DNA from: Klebsormidium nitens
Taxonomy: Eukaryota > Plantae > Klebsormidiophyceae
Assembly: GCA_000708835.1 (NCBI GenBank)
Contig: DF237263.1
Span: 40,516 to 104,515 of the forward strand
DNA: 64,000 nt
Reading direction: 5' to 3'
The notes under the pieces were generated by a model, which searched no databases, had not been told where the DNA came from, and was given only the letters and a program-made list of their open reading frames with translations. Every line of letters begins with the position of its first letter. The stretch's first letter is position 1. The position numbers were made by a program, and so were the translations under genes. Of this stretch, positions 17,146 to 30,700 are shown piece after piece.

Positions 17146-17613
17146 TTCTTATTCACACTCCCTTCTATTTACGATTCTTTCCTCCCGATAGTAAAGACAT
17201 GGTTCTGTGGACAGTACATATGCTGATTAGCTGGGTATTGCTTTCAGCGCGCTGGGAAGAGAACAAGTACTGGCTTGGTGAAGTTGTTGATCAGGTGACA
17301 GATGTGCAGCTTGTAGACCAATGCAGCGTACTAAAACGCTCTTTCTCCTTGTTGAAACCTTCAAAGACGTGTGAGAGGCGTTCACTTGCAGCATTTTCTT
17401 CTGACAAGCAGACCCGAGGGCGTGCCTCCGCTCAGCAGGAAGTTCGCTGACGTCCGGCAAAAATATATGCACCTATGAATGAAGCGCTGACCACCTGAGT
17501 GATTGGATTACCACACAAGTTGAGATCCTCTTTCCATTGACCAATCCGTGCGTTCATAACGCCTCAGTGGACCATGTAAGGTGCGCCGGAAGCTTGAGAC
17601 TCAAAGAACGCCC

Positions 17614-20600
17614 ATGGCAGAACCGGGGGGATCCCTGGGGGTTGCTTTAAGGGATGGGGCAGGATTCCAGGAGAGCAGCTTGCCTAAGCTCCAAAAGGAC
17701 CTGGAAAAGTCAGAGAAGTTCGAACTAGCTTTCATCAATGGCAGCTTGCTGTGTTCTCCAAAAGCAAGGGCCTTTGGATCGGCAATGCAGTCTTTCTTCG
17801 AGCGGGCCATGACAGCAGAGGAAAACAAGTGAGTGGATACTTGCTGGCACATGAAGTCCCTCTGCTGTTTTCCCTTCCTCTTTTTTCTTGGCAATGCGCA
17901 AGCTGAATGCTGATGTTGGACACCTGACTCCTGAGCACAAGGGTTTGCTATGGCTTTTTACCTTGTGTAAACATGATAGAGCAGATAGTCGTTTAACACC
18001 ATCCAGCAATCTTGTGGCTGCATAGCACAGGTGGGAGCTTTGAGATGTTTGAAAGAAAGCAAGCAAAATTCCCATTCCTGGGCACCGTTTTGGACCTGAA
18101 GTGATCTTGTTTGGCGCTTCCTGTGGCCCCCACACAGCCAAGAGCATGTGAAGGTCAGGCAGTCCAGACATGAAAAATTGTTGATTCACTGCAATAATAT
18201 TCTCAGAATCGCTGCCAGCTCAAAGTTGTGCAGATTGTCGTACAGTGCATTGAAGAAGCTCAATGCAAAGTGCTTTGGGGCTTTCGGCGCTATCTTTTGG
18301 AATAGATTCTCAAGAAGGAAGGGTGCACAATCGTTCTGGGGGAGTCAGGAGAAAATGTTGCCTGGTAATCTGTATCCATGCACACCTGCAACGGGGAGTA
18401 CCTATTGGGACAGTGCAAGCTGCATCGCCTCATGACACTAGAGAGACCACGCAAAAGAATCCCCATGTCCTTCTCACGCAAGGCACCTTCTGTTGTCGAA
18501 AACAAGTCTCAAGCACTAATCTCAAAGCAATCTGCTTGCCTGCAGCAGGGTTTCTATCCTCAATAACAACGGGCAACTCCTCTCAACGCGCCGGACGCTG
18601 GCAACTGTCAGCCACAATGAGCTGGTAAAAGTGGGTGCAAATCTCATGGATGGGCAAAAGCAGGTGGACAAGGAGACGATGACGACAAAAGCCAAGGGAA
18701 CGACAAGGACAAAAGCCCCGGTGAGCCAGGGCCACCCTGTGAGAAATACAGGCTGTTTGCGCATCCTTAGCAGAGAGCTAGGCAGATTTCATGATCACAT
18801 GCAACAAAGAATGAAGTCTAAGCTATTTTCCTGGCTTCCTTGTCGGATTGCATCACAAGAAAAAGCAAAGGCCCCTTCTGAATTAGCAATTGCCATTGAG
18901 CTATATTGTCCAGTATCTTTGCAATCTTCTGGAAACAGTCAACCATGTCATCACAAGTGTGTTAGACATCCTGTTCTGGTGTGATGACCTTTTTGCATGT
19001 CACACAGAATGGCCCATGAAAGCACGAGCAGCTGTTGTGATTTAGCAGATGCTGTTTGTCCATGCAATCAAAGGAGATAGTTTTCCTTTTCTGGCCCAGC
19101 TATACATTATTCAGCTTCAGAGCGAATTATGCTTCCATCTATCTCCCACGAAGCAAGGAAACTGGTTCGCTCTGTTGAGGTTCACCTGAGGGGAAAGCTG
19201 CAGAACCCCCTTGTATCTGCTCTATTGGTCTTTCAGCGACAAATGGTCAATTGGTGTAAATGGTGTGCTAGCTGGCATCCATTATGAATCTGAGTCTCTT
19301 GCCTTTCACAAGCTCACAAGGAGCGGTAAAACGTTGTTTCCAATTGCTCTAGATCTGTCGCCCGAACATTCCAGACAATCAAGAATACCCTTCCCTCTTG
19401 CAGGTACCTGAGTGGTACCCCATGTTTCCGGTCCCCAACGACGCGCGAATTGGCCATTCGCCAAAGTGTCTCGCAGACCCCAAGCTCCATGCAGAGTGTA
19501 AAGGCTGCGGCAGACAGCCGAGCCGTGCCGAGTACCGGGAGTCGAAGTTCCGGGAACGCGTGCAGAAACTTAAACAATCGGAGCTCTGGCTATTGATTGA
19601 CGCGGTCTTCGAGCACTTCCGCGGCAAGGCTAAGGAGCTCAAGGCGCTGGAGGAGTTCATGAACGGCTACTTCAAGAAGAGCACGCTCAGCATCCCCGTG
19701 CAGGCTACCATGGCAGAGTACTTCGCCTTTCTGACAGCCGAAGCGGAGAACAGGCTTGGGGTTTTGGGGACCCCCCCGGAGAACCTTGGAGGGGGCCAGT
19801 CTGCAGGGGGCGGTGAATCAGGGGGTTTGCGCGACGGGCCTGTCATAGGCCACGGGGCTGGAGCGCGGGACTTGGCTGCGAACGGGGTTGATGCCACTGT
19901 CAAAACGGAGAGGACGCCCAAACGGGTTCGGGACGGATTAGAAGGAAATAACCTCGGCGGTCACCCCCCAGCAGTAAAACCGCGGCAAAAGGATGGCCCT
20001 CAACCACAGGGGCTGTTTGAGGGTGCACAGAACGGCCACCAAATTGTTGAGGGCCTAGACTTGCCCTCCGAGTTGGACCCTGTGGACTCCGTACTGAAGG
20101 TTTTCGAGGAGGAGTGCGCCGCAACCGCTCGGGATGACGTCACTGCAGGCGTCTCCGGGTCCTCTGGGGGTGTTCCTGGAACTGTGGACCAGACGTCAGT
20201 CCCGGAGCAACACGTCCCGCCTCCTTTGTATGGTCCCACCCCTGCTGCAGCCGGCGCATCAGGGGACAGACGGCGCCCATGGGACTCACTCGGCCGGTTT
20301 CTATTACCGGGGTGTCTATCACCGCAAGTGCAACAAGGGGACATGCTGGTCGCTCCTGGCCCCATCCGCGGTGCCAGTTCGAGAATGAGTGCCGCCAGGA
20401 GGCTCAGTGAGCATCTTGGAGTGCCGCTAAGGGAGGAGTGGCTTCGTGAGGATGCTGCGGCTGCGCGAGAGTTCAGCAGTCCCGAACAGTATACCCAGGC
20501 ACCGCCCAGTCCTGAGTACCAACAAGGATCGGATCTACTCCTACTGGGCATGATGGCTCGCGCAAGCCTATCCACGGAGGTGGGTGCTGAACCAGGTTAC

Positions 20601-23600
20601 GTCTCCTGCACTCTTTTCATTTTCGAGAGCCGCCTTTGACGTTTTGCTGTGCTCAGGGGGAACAATGAGGGAGCTAAGCGCGAAAGCAGAGTGCGGAGTG
20701 TGACTACCTTGTCAGGGAAACATACCCATTGCGGCCGCTGATTGGTGCGAATCATATGGAGGTATGTGTTTGCGGCCTGTTTCATTCGCAGGGGCCGTTT
20801 AGAGCGACCCTTCGGTGCAGAAAAGAGAGTGCATCACTTCTTGCTGCCGCCTATGGAAGTTGGTTGTAGTACAAGCGGCTTAGGTGAATCAGACCGGACC
20901 TGAATAGAAACCCCACAATGTTGACACTGTCTGCTTTGAAACTCTCCTTGGCAGCTTAAATTACTACGGAGGCACCACACGTACTCCTACCGGGAACTAG
21001 AAGCGGCCACCGACAGCTTCAGCCCCGCCAGGCTCTTGGGAGAGGGCGAGGTTGGAAAACTTTACCACGGCACGCTCGCCGGGACGCCGGTGGCTATCAA
21101 GGTCCCACACCCCGAGGTTTTGCAGGTGGGTTCCGAAAGGAAGGGAGAGCGCACGAGTGTGTCAAGGGGGTGCCCTTGTAGTATCAGGTTCTTCGGTTAT
21201 CGCGCTTCGTAGGCCCTCCATGCAAAGGTACCGGCTTCGATCCCCCTGCCGGCAGTTTCAAAGACGACGTCTTCGCGACCAAAAGAGTTGCGTTCAGGCT
21301 CCACATCACGCGGTCTGTCGCATGGCGCCTTTAAGGACGTGCGCGAAGTTGCTCGGTCGGTGAAGCCCTTGTACATCATGTCGCAAAGCTGGACTGCATC
21401 TGTCTTCTCAATAGCAAGTACACGAATTTCTGTGGTAGCCTTGGCGTATGGGTATTCAACTTGCAGCGACAATGCAAACTGCTTTGCGACTAAATGCTCG
21501 CTCAAAGATGTCTCTTGATCTCTCGATCCAAGCTCAGGGCACCGACTCTGACCGGCCCCCTTTCGCAGGGGGGCAACGTGTTTCAGCACGAGGTGGACAT
21601 CCTAGGCCGCCGGCGCCCTTGGGCCACTGTAAGGTTTATGGGATACTGCCCCGGCCACTTCTGCCTTGTCTACGAGTACTGCCACAACGGGTCCTTGGAA
21701 GACCGCCTTGCCAGGAAGGGCGGTTCCCCGCCGTTGCCGTGGTTCATCAGGATCAGGATCGCCTGCCAGGTATGCGACCTCCCCCCCCCGATGCCAATTT
21801 TTTTTCGGAGAGCCTCTTGTATACTTCTCCGGAATTTGCAGTATCTTGCTCCTCCAAGAAGATCTTTACCCTTTCGCTGAATTGCGACTTTGAAAGGGCG
21901 AACCGCCAATGCTCCTCTCCCAAGGGAAGGATGCCGATTGTTGGATGCGGCAGTCTCAATCAGACTAGTAATTTTGAAGCCCAAAAACGTTTAGGTTTGG
22001 CTTCCTTAGATTTTGTCCTTTCAGATCGTCCATCAGTAAGGTGGGCTTTTCGTGCCCAATTCGCCTTGATTCACTCACTCGGAACATAGTATGTGGCTGC
22101 AAGTTCTGCAACATACTAGAAAGTTCGTTCAGGAGTAGGGTGGTTCGCCAGCGTTGCTTTTGACGCGTGCGTTTGCAATCGTCCACAAGGCTGCTATGCA
22201 CCTAATGTTACGATTCTGACCCGAGCAGTCTTGCTCCAATATTCTTCCTATTCCGCGACCTGCAACTTCTCAAGGCAGCTTTCCTACCAACCTCCTTGCG
22301 TCAGGGGCACAAAGAACGCGGTCAATCTTCAATTCTGACAACCCGAACGGGTCTAGGACTCCTACACTCTGGGTCAATAATCGCATCTTCCTGGTTTGCA
22401 GGTCGCCGATAGGCTCCTACTCACCATTCCAGGCGCCATTTTCCAAGATGTGAAGCCGTCCAACATCCTTCTGGACCTTCACCTCAAAGCAAGGTTGGCT
22501 GATGCGAGCATCTTGTCAGTGGCAGCGCCCAACGTCACGTCATCCACACCAACGGCGAAAGGATCCGGCGATGGCGGCCCCTCGCAGTTGTCGTTTCGCC
22601 CTGTTGAGGAGGACGCAGGTCAGGAGGACCGCAACAAATCGCCTCACGTGTTCTCGAGTTCATCCGCTTGCCAATCCCTTCTGTTCCACACGAGCACTTT
22701 GCTTCATCGCTAAGGAGCTGTTCACGGGTTTCGAAGGGTCTATGTTCTGCGTTGTTATCGTGCGTGCTCGTTAGCGGCTAGCCTGCTTAGCATTGGGAGC
22801 GTGCTTCGTGACTTAATGAGCAGACCTGCACCTGCGAACCTACAAGTCGCGATGCCATCTGAATAGACCACTTTGCGAATTGAGCCAAATCAACCAACGA
22901 CGGAAAGAGACATTTAGCGGGCAGTCCGGCTCGGTTTTCCCGCTGAGTATCCTCTTGCAGGAATGTGGTCATACAACCTTCAATACAAACGTCCACTGCC
23001 CCTGTAGATTGAGGCTTCAGGTTTCGAAGGCGGGGCTCAGTATGCACCTTGAAGCTCAGGCGTCAACCTGCAAGGCATAGTCCTGATAGGTCGTTTCAAG
23101 ACCCGCTTTTGACCAATCCCTTGTTTGTCGCAGTGGACCTATTCGGCTTCGGCGTGGTCCTCCTTCAGCTTCTCACCAACCTACCACCACTTGGGATTGT
23201 GGGCACGGTCAACAAAGCGTTGAAGCACAAGAAGATCATGGCATCGGTGGATGTCGAGGCTGGGGATTGGCCGAAATCCGTGGCGGTTAAGGTTAGTCAA
23301 ACAGACAGCTACAGACTCTCCAGACTGACGACTCTGAGACCGTCCTTCCAAGCAGAACCGTGTTGTTCTTTTGCTTCGTGATTCGGGCCCGCACTGCGAT
23401 TTGGAGTGCTGCCGAGTCGTTGCAAAACCCATCTTCTTGCAACTTAGATGCTGCGTCTTCGGCGAGGTCGCTTTGCGTCAGCATGAGATAACCCCAGCCG
23501 TTGTCCAAACGCGCAGACTGGAGGGTTCGCACTCCATTTTTTCCTTCAGGGGTTCCTGAGGACTTTGTCGCATCAACGAGGACCGTTAGAAAATACAGTG

Positions 23601-24137
23601 CCCCATTTGTTGTTTTTTCACATGCTGTGATTGGACGAGCAGATATGCATGGGGACATGACTCATGAGCGGCCGCCAGGTCCATGTTACGAGCCGATTCG
23701 CGGCTCCTTACGCAGTCCAATCAGGCGGCCAAGCTCCTTGTTACTGTGCAGGTCGCTCGTCTGGGCCTCGCGTGCACCACGAAGCGCAGCCTGGACCGCT
23801 ATCATCTGAGGAAGGTCTTAATCAAACTGCAGTATGTGCGGAACTTTTCCTGGGACGAGGTCGGCTCAGAGGAGATCAATCAGGCTTACTCGCTGTTCCA
23901 ACAACCATGTTGGTCTTCCAAACTCGTTCGCAACGGAATTTTGTCAAGGTTCCTGATTACTACGTAAGCGGAGGGCCCAGCAGAACCTACGCACGGAATG
24001 GGATGCGTGGACCAGGTTCTGTCTCCTTTATGTTTGCTTCTGGTCTAGGCCTGGCTTTTGCTTGTTTGCAGGTTCTTGGCGTGCTAAATGAACACCAAAA
24101 TGAGGTGAGCGAGGAAGCCGTTGCAAGCACAGTGTGA
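17614..24137 (+). CDS. RLK/Pelle receptor-like cytoplasmic kinase resembling the PUB33/RLCK-IXb kinase domain, with degenerate motifs and a long unrecognised N-terminal region
   Basis: Well-supported exons 19404-20579, 20955-21125 (YSYRELEAATDSFSPARLLGEGEVGKLYHGTLAGTPVAIK), 21569-21769 (LVYEYCHNGSLEDRLARKGGSPPLPWFIRIRIA), 22402-22618 (IFQDVKPSNILLD..ADAS), 23134-23291 (DLFGFGVVLLQLLT..AGDWP), 23752 onward (ARLGLACT). Exons 17614-17828, 18546-18720 and a last exon 24072-24137 are tentative. Confidence 0.8.
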
Positions 24138-27100
24138 CTAGCTTGTCAAGCGCTCGTTGCGGTCGCTGACCTTCAGATTCTGATCCAAAGCTATAACTCC
24201 AATTTTGCCAATCCCCGGGGCCGCCTAGGAACGATGCCTCGAAGCAAAGGTAACGAACGATGCATTAATGGTTGGGTTGGCGGATCATGTTTGATGTCGA
24301 TGCATATCGTCCCGCATATCGATCAAGCCGCTTGCTTCGTAATCGACCCTAAGGTTTGAGCGGCGTCGACGTATTGGGCCCACGTACTCTCAGTATAAAG
24401 CTCCTTCAAGCAGGGTATCTGATCCGTTCACTTTCGCAGAGGCCTTAGGCGAACAGACCACTTCGTGGAACTTTCTGTGCAGTTCACGATCTGCGGCGAG
24501 AAAGAGAAAGGTCTGACAGACAGGTCGGCGCCGCCAAGCGCCGCCGCCAAGCGCCGACCGTGCTGGAGCCGGTCGACTCGACTGATGTGTCCACGGTATG
24601 CCTTTCTTTGTCTCTCTTTCAAGCATCGCTTTGAGGCCCAGACGGTTGGCGGACGCTATTCTTCACTAAAAGAGGTTCTGAGGGCTGCATCGCCAATGTT
24701 GCGGTCGATTTGGGAAAGAAAGGAGGACTCAGAAGTTTTTTCAAAAGATTCGAACGATTCTGAGCTTGCCTGGTGTTGTTACAGACTTTGCCACTGTGCC
24801 GGCATGCTGAAAGAGCCGAGCACGTGTTTGCAGCGGCTGCCTCATAGCACTCGCTTCCGACACTTTGCCTTCTGCAAAAAACTCCAGTTTGCTGGAATAG
24901 AAAGGGCTGGTTCGCCGTTTGTTTTGAGATCTCTTGTTGCCGCTTCACTTGGGGAATCGCAAGTCACAGCTCACAAATGGAAGGTTCTATGCAGGTCGGG
25001 AAGCTCACAAGGGAGGAACGGTGGACTTCTTTGCCCCTTGACGGGCCCAGAAGGGTACGTCGGTCGATCGGAAAGCGTATGAGCTGGGTCAAACGCCTTG
25101 CTTCGCGTTGGAAAAGATAGGCATCCCGCATCGACTGCACCACGCCCATCGTACGTATACGTTTAGGCACAGATTAATCCTCGGTAAAAGTTAGATGTAA
25201 AGCCCGCTTGTACACTCCCGGGCCTGATGTTGTAACTCAAATCATTTTTCCTTGACCGCGTTCTTAGTCGTAGCTAGGTTGTACGATATCGTAAAAGAGT
25301 CTACAAGTCTGGTACCGTCCGAAAACGAGCTTGCTCCACTTGCAAAAGATACTATAGCCATCTAGACTTTGGGCGTTGAACAATCTCTGTTTTGTGCATA
25401 GGTCAAGTTGCTTTGACGTGGCTGTATTCATTTCAAAGCTTCTGATTTGCATGAATCAGAAGAAGGTAGCCGCAAACTCGCAATTCGAGGTGAGTCTCTA
25501 GGCTAGAGGACCATTAGTAACCGAATTAGCTAATCAGAGCATGCGAGTTGGAATTCTTATTATAGACAATCGATAACTGCGATGTGCCTTCACCACATGC
25601 ACATGTGAGCTCGCGGAACCTCTCTGCGATCATGAGCAACTGGCCTTCAAAACATGCATCAGTGATACCTATGATGATACAAGCTGCTAGTTGGAAGTTA
25701 TCTGCGTGCAATCAACAAGCCCGATATATAGTTGCGCATGCTTGATGCGCATGCACAGTTTGCTACAGGACCGGTGCACTATCATGCATACGAGTATTTG
25801 CCCAGCTAGCATAAACCTCGACGGTGCGCTCTAAACCTGCGCGCCCGCGCCGCCCCCATGAGCTGTTCCCTCATGCAGAACTGGTGCAGCGGGCCGCTAC
25901 TGACTTCGGTAAAGCACCCACAAGTTTTCGTACTAGCTCATAACGTCGTTGTCAGGTTGGAAGTACCTATATATATTGGAAACGGCTGGCGGGTTTCTTC
26001 GATCGACTTAGAGCTATTCCCGGTGGCGGGCCTAGTCATTAAGCTGGTGTTGTGCCACGTTAGCCTACGACGTTGGACTCACTGACTAAATGACCCCTTC
26101 AGCACGCGCTGACGCGATTGCGCTGGCAATACTGGCAAAGCACGAGACGGATGTCTTGAAGTATTTGAGAGAAGCGTGACTAAGTGACGGCCTTACTCTT
26201 GGATGCCAAAAGCTGAACGCCTCATTGTATTTCATCGACACGATCAAGACGTGATGCAGATGGGTTCGGACAGAGAAACAGCTGGCGGACCAATAGAATG
26301 TACAAAAACGGAGATGGCGGGCAGTAAGCCAGTTACACCGTGACGCCCAACTTGATGATCTACGTCTTTTTGATTGCCATGGTTGGGTACTCTTGAGAGT
26401 TTTTTCGCACCCTAAAGAAGGCCCTTCATGGAACCTGCCTTCGAATTGCGGCAATCTTTGCTGCCGCCTCCTCTTACAAGGTCCTAAGGTCTGACTCCTC
26501 CGAGGTCGCCGCTTTACCCCGTCCCGTCATGAGACGTGGGCTCAACAACCGGGAAAAGTGCGGCTCCTCGTCTCTACTAATATAAACAGCGCCGACGTTC
26601 GCAAGCTGAAGGCCACTCGGGGCAACATTATGTAGCAATGTACGTGTATTTCAGCACGTCAAGCACCGTCGTTTTCAGACTCATGCACTGCGGCGGGCCG
26701 TTACGAAGCTGTTTGCAGTGTAGTGGGGCTCAAAGGCGACGTCCAAATGCCGGCACCCGTCGCTACTGAACAGTGTATATTCGTAGCAAGGCAGCAGACT
26801 CGCCGCCTGATACAGCATGGGAAGCCCATAAGCAAGCTGGGGCGCACGGGGGGCGCACCCTTTGAAGCTGACGGCCATGTGGACCACATGGACACCATGC
26901 GGGCAAACTGTACTGAGTCCTAATCGACTACACTTTTACATGCATGATTTCAGAGTAGGTATCTGAATTATGCACGCGTAGGTGCAGATATTACGAAGAT
27001 TGAACTGCAGCCTGCAGTTGATCAATGTAGGCATCAATTTCAGGAGTTTGGGGCAACCCGTTCGTCATTGATAGATTGGAACTACGTATTGGACTACCTA

Positions 27101-27755
27101 CCTATAATAGTACTGCTGTACTGCCTGCGCAGACGATGCTCTGCCGTCGCCAAGTCGGAGACTGGCCGGCAGAAATCAAGACTGCTCGCGCACAGGTTGG
27201 CAAGAATATTGCCCCTTTCCGCCGTCCGATGGCTACCTAGTTTTGTTTTGCACCGCCGATAACGGTAGAGTGGCACAGCTACTAACTACTGGTACTAGTG
27301 GTGCCGGTAGTAAGCTTTCCCGCACGGTGTTGCTCTGGCAACTTGCAAGTCCTTCACTGCCCCCCCGCGGGGCCCTAAAGTCGGCCTCTCTCAATGCAAA
27401 TCGCGTCCACTTTCAGCAATATGTAGCGTTGGCAATCTGGCTATGGCCGTCAATATAGCAAGTTTTAAGGCGAGAAGAGCAAAAGCCAGAGAGAGGACAG
27501 CATTGGACATCTAACAAGAAGCTCACAAGTTCTGGGTAATGCCAATTTCCTGGGAAGACTTTGTTCTTACATAAGACAGCCTCTCATGACACCTTGACCG
27601 CTCAACCTCAAGACTAATCCTCCTGGCCCGTGATGAATATTTGCACAAGAGCACTGTAGAAGTCACATTGCCACACGTTGAAGGTGCAACATTGAAGCAT
27701 CACATTGGCAGGCCCTTCAATTTGTAAGTAAGGTACCCAGCCTTGCTTCAAAAAC

Positions 27756-30700
27756 ATGGGGCCTCAAATGACCTCTCTTGTTATTAACCAGAGTGGTCCG
27801 GATGCGGACAATGCTGCGCCGGCTAGTCCGGAAGTCCAGAGCCCCTCACGGGCTGAGCGCAGGAGGTCCACCAATGCGGGGTTGAAAGCGTTGGTCAGTA
27901 TGATGGGGCAGAGGAAACAGGAGATGAAAGCTCTGGCCTACGACGCCACCTTTCAGGAGTTTCAGCAGGTGAGCTTCAGTTCAGTTTTGCTCCCCCCCTC
28001 CGTTTTCAGGATCAAATTGCACTTCGATGAAATGAGTGAGCAGAGAGAGTAACTTGGCTTGGAGATGCTCAGCGACCCTTGAGCTCTGTACCTACTCTAA
28101 CCAAGGTGATTCACTTGTTTGATAGCTCCTTTGCACGCTGTTGAAGTGGAGAAGAGAGACCTACTGGTTTGAAGAGTGTTTCCTTGCGGAAAGGACCACT
28201 CGTCAGCATTCAGAAAAAGACTCAGACATGGCTAGAGAGGTAGACATCACGTGCAAGTCAGCACCGGAAGGCCCTGAGCTGCTTATAGAGTTGGGGAACA
28301 GCTGACGGTGCAATGCTGTCAAAAGGAATCTTGCTGTGCCTACCAAAATCAAACCTCAATAAACATCAAATACACATAGTCATGGCTTTCAGTGACTATA
28401 TGTTGACTCAACTCTAGTTGATTGAAAGACTGATTCAAACAATGAATCTGCAGAAAGCTGCTGCTGAAGCCAGCACCGCAGCGTTCAGCCACTCCAGCGA
28501 GTCCACCAGCAGTCATGAAGCGCACGTGCTGAGCGACGCGCCAATGGCGAGCACGCTGGAGCTCATCAGTCGCGCTGGCAAGGCACAGAACAGGTAAAGT
28601 TCCGCGCGTTTCTTAGAAGGTCTGTGCTTCTATTGAGCTCTCCTGCTCCAAGCAGCTTTGGCGGGAAAGGGCGGCGCAATGATGCTGCTCGGCTTAGGTC
28701 TTGATTTGTCGGCGCCCACCCAGACCATAAAGTTCTGAGTGGGCTGGAAAATGATCCTGTCAGGGCCGGCGCCGGCACTCGCATGTGAGCCAGGTTTTCC
28801 CTAAGCAAGAGTACGTCAGCAGTCGAATGGCTGGTTATAGGTTGCTTAGGTCACATGCTTCAGCCAGTTGTTTGGAAGGAACTCAAACTCCTCTGTAAAT
28901 CACGACAGGGGCGGATCATAACTGTGTACCATCACACTAAGCTTGTAAAACCGTCACCTCTTATGGTCCAAGAGATCAGACTATGTCATTAGTGATTCGT
29001 GTTGCTTCACACCTGTGGTTGTTTGTCCCACTCATGCAAACAAACAGAATATATATTTCTTAGTCAGCTGGCCGGGATCAAGGGACCGCAGCAGAATGAC
29101 GAAGGTGTGTTCTACTTCTCTCAGAACGCAAGCTGGGGTCTGGTCCGCCTTCGGCAAGTCCTATGTGTGCCTGGGGACTCCTGACGTCACTCTCAACGAC
29201 ATGCCTCCCGTGAAGAGAGGAGATCTATCCAGGCAATCAGCAGAGGAGTCACAACGGCACAACTTGGAGGATAGGGGTGGCGGGAAGGGACGAAGTCGAC
29301 TTCGACAAAGAGAGGTACGTTAACTTCTCCTAGATTTATTTTCACATGTGTTTGGAAAACCCATAAGAACTACTTGCGAAATCTTCCTCCCTGTCCAGGA
29401 GGTTGTCTGAAAGTTTCGCTTTGACTTTGTTTTTTGGTGACCATCAACGCATGAAGAGGGCGTTTCGACTACCCTAGTTGAGCAGGTTATCGCAAGTTTA
29501 CTCAAGCAGTGTGGACCAACTCAATATCTCCCTGTGCTTCGCAGACTTCTCTGAGTCAGCAGAAAACGATACACAACGCCTCAAGACGAATCAGCTGTTC
29601 TGGGGACGAGTCGAAAGAGGGTCCGGGAGGGGCCGCCTTGGAAGGGCCCAGCACTTCTCAATCACAGCCGTTGCCGCAGCTGAAAAGCCGTCGAAGAGAC
29701 AGGGGTAGGTTGTACTTGCAATCTTCCCAGCGTTGCCGATCTAACAGAGGACAAGGTTTTTGAAAAGCGGCCTTCAACCTGAAGATCTCGATACAAAGTC
29801 TCGATCGGGGGGAGATTATCGTTTTGAATTGTCCTTGTAAAGCCCACGCTCTCCGCACTTCACCTTCACGAGATGCGTCCGAGCCCTGTAAACGTCCGGA
29901 GCTGTTTCGGACGGCACGAAGCTGTGTGAATCGGTGTCGGAGCTCCGAAAAAACGCCACCGGACAAGCTGGACGAACCTTGACCGATTGTGTATTTCTCA
30001 GCTGGACGAGCTGGGCAGAAACTAAATCTGTCTGCCACAGATGCAAAGCTTTCCCGTCTAAGCTGGAGTGTCCTATAAGGTTAGAGTGCAATAGTTTGGG
30101 CGGTACAAAGGGTGAAGTGCTTTACATCACTAAGAGCGTTCGCTTTGGCGATTCTTGCTCATCTGGCTTTCCGCTTCCGTGCAGTTCCGTTCAGCGAGAT
30201 CCTCTTTCCCCGCGAGCAGGTCCACGTGTCAGACAAGGGCAAGCGGCGCGCGCGGGTACGTAGGCCCTCTTGCGAGCTTTTGTCAACCCCAACATCTTAT
30301 AACCATGCGTCTGAGAGTATGTTGGGGCAAAGGGCAGAACAGATGTCGTTCTCGCGAAACTAAATACGCTCCTTCTGCAATGTCGCCAGTAAAGATTCAC
30401 CAGCTTTCGAAATGCTAGGCGCAAACAATGTCCAGCAGCCAAGCAATACACTAGGCATGTATGGGCGCTGATCGGCGGTTTTTATCTCTTCAGGCTCGGG
30501 GTGGTGTCATGGGCATCGGAGCGGGCCAACAAGAAGGTAAGAGCACAGTCGTAAGCGATACTATGGGGTCCATTTGAGTGTTCGTACTACATCGTAAAGA
30601 CAAGTATCCATTATTCCTGGGAAGAACTTCAAACTGGGTTCTAGCTTACATAATGAGGAGAGGTTGGAACGTCGAAAGGTAAAAGAGACTTTTCTCTAGC

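Noticed and set aside
18234-18364. Extra kinase-gene exon (LSYSALKKLNAKCFGAFGAIFW..)
   Set aside because: Entry phase fits but exit phase does not chain to the next supported exon; left unresolved.
24380-25070. Possible small + strand gene (GGGCCCACGT and TATAAA, donor GTATGC at 24596, later AG/GT pairs)
   Set aside because: No start-to-stop phase-consistent model or recognisable protein could be built.
26280-26345. Minus-strand peptide YCPPSPFLYILL resembling the LINE RT QGxPLSP motif
   Set aside because: Too short, flanked by stops, the QG is absent and no other RT motifs were found nearby.
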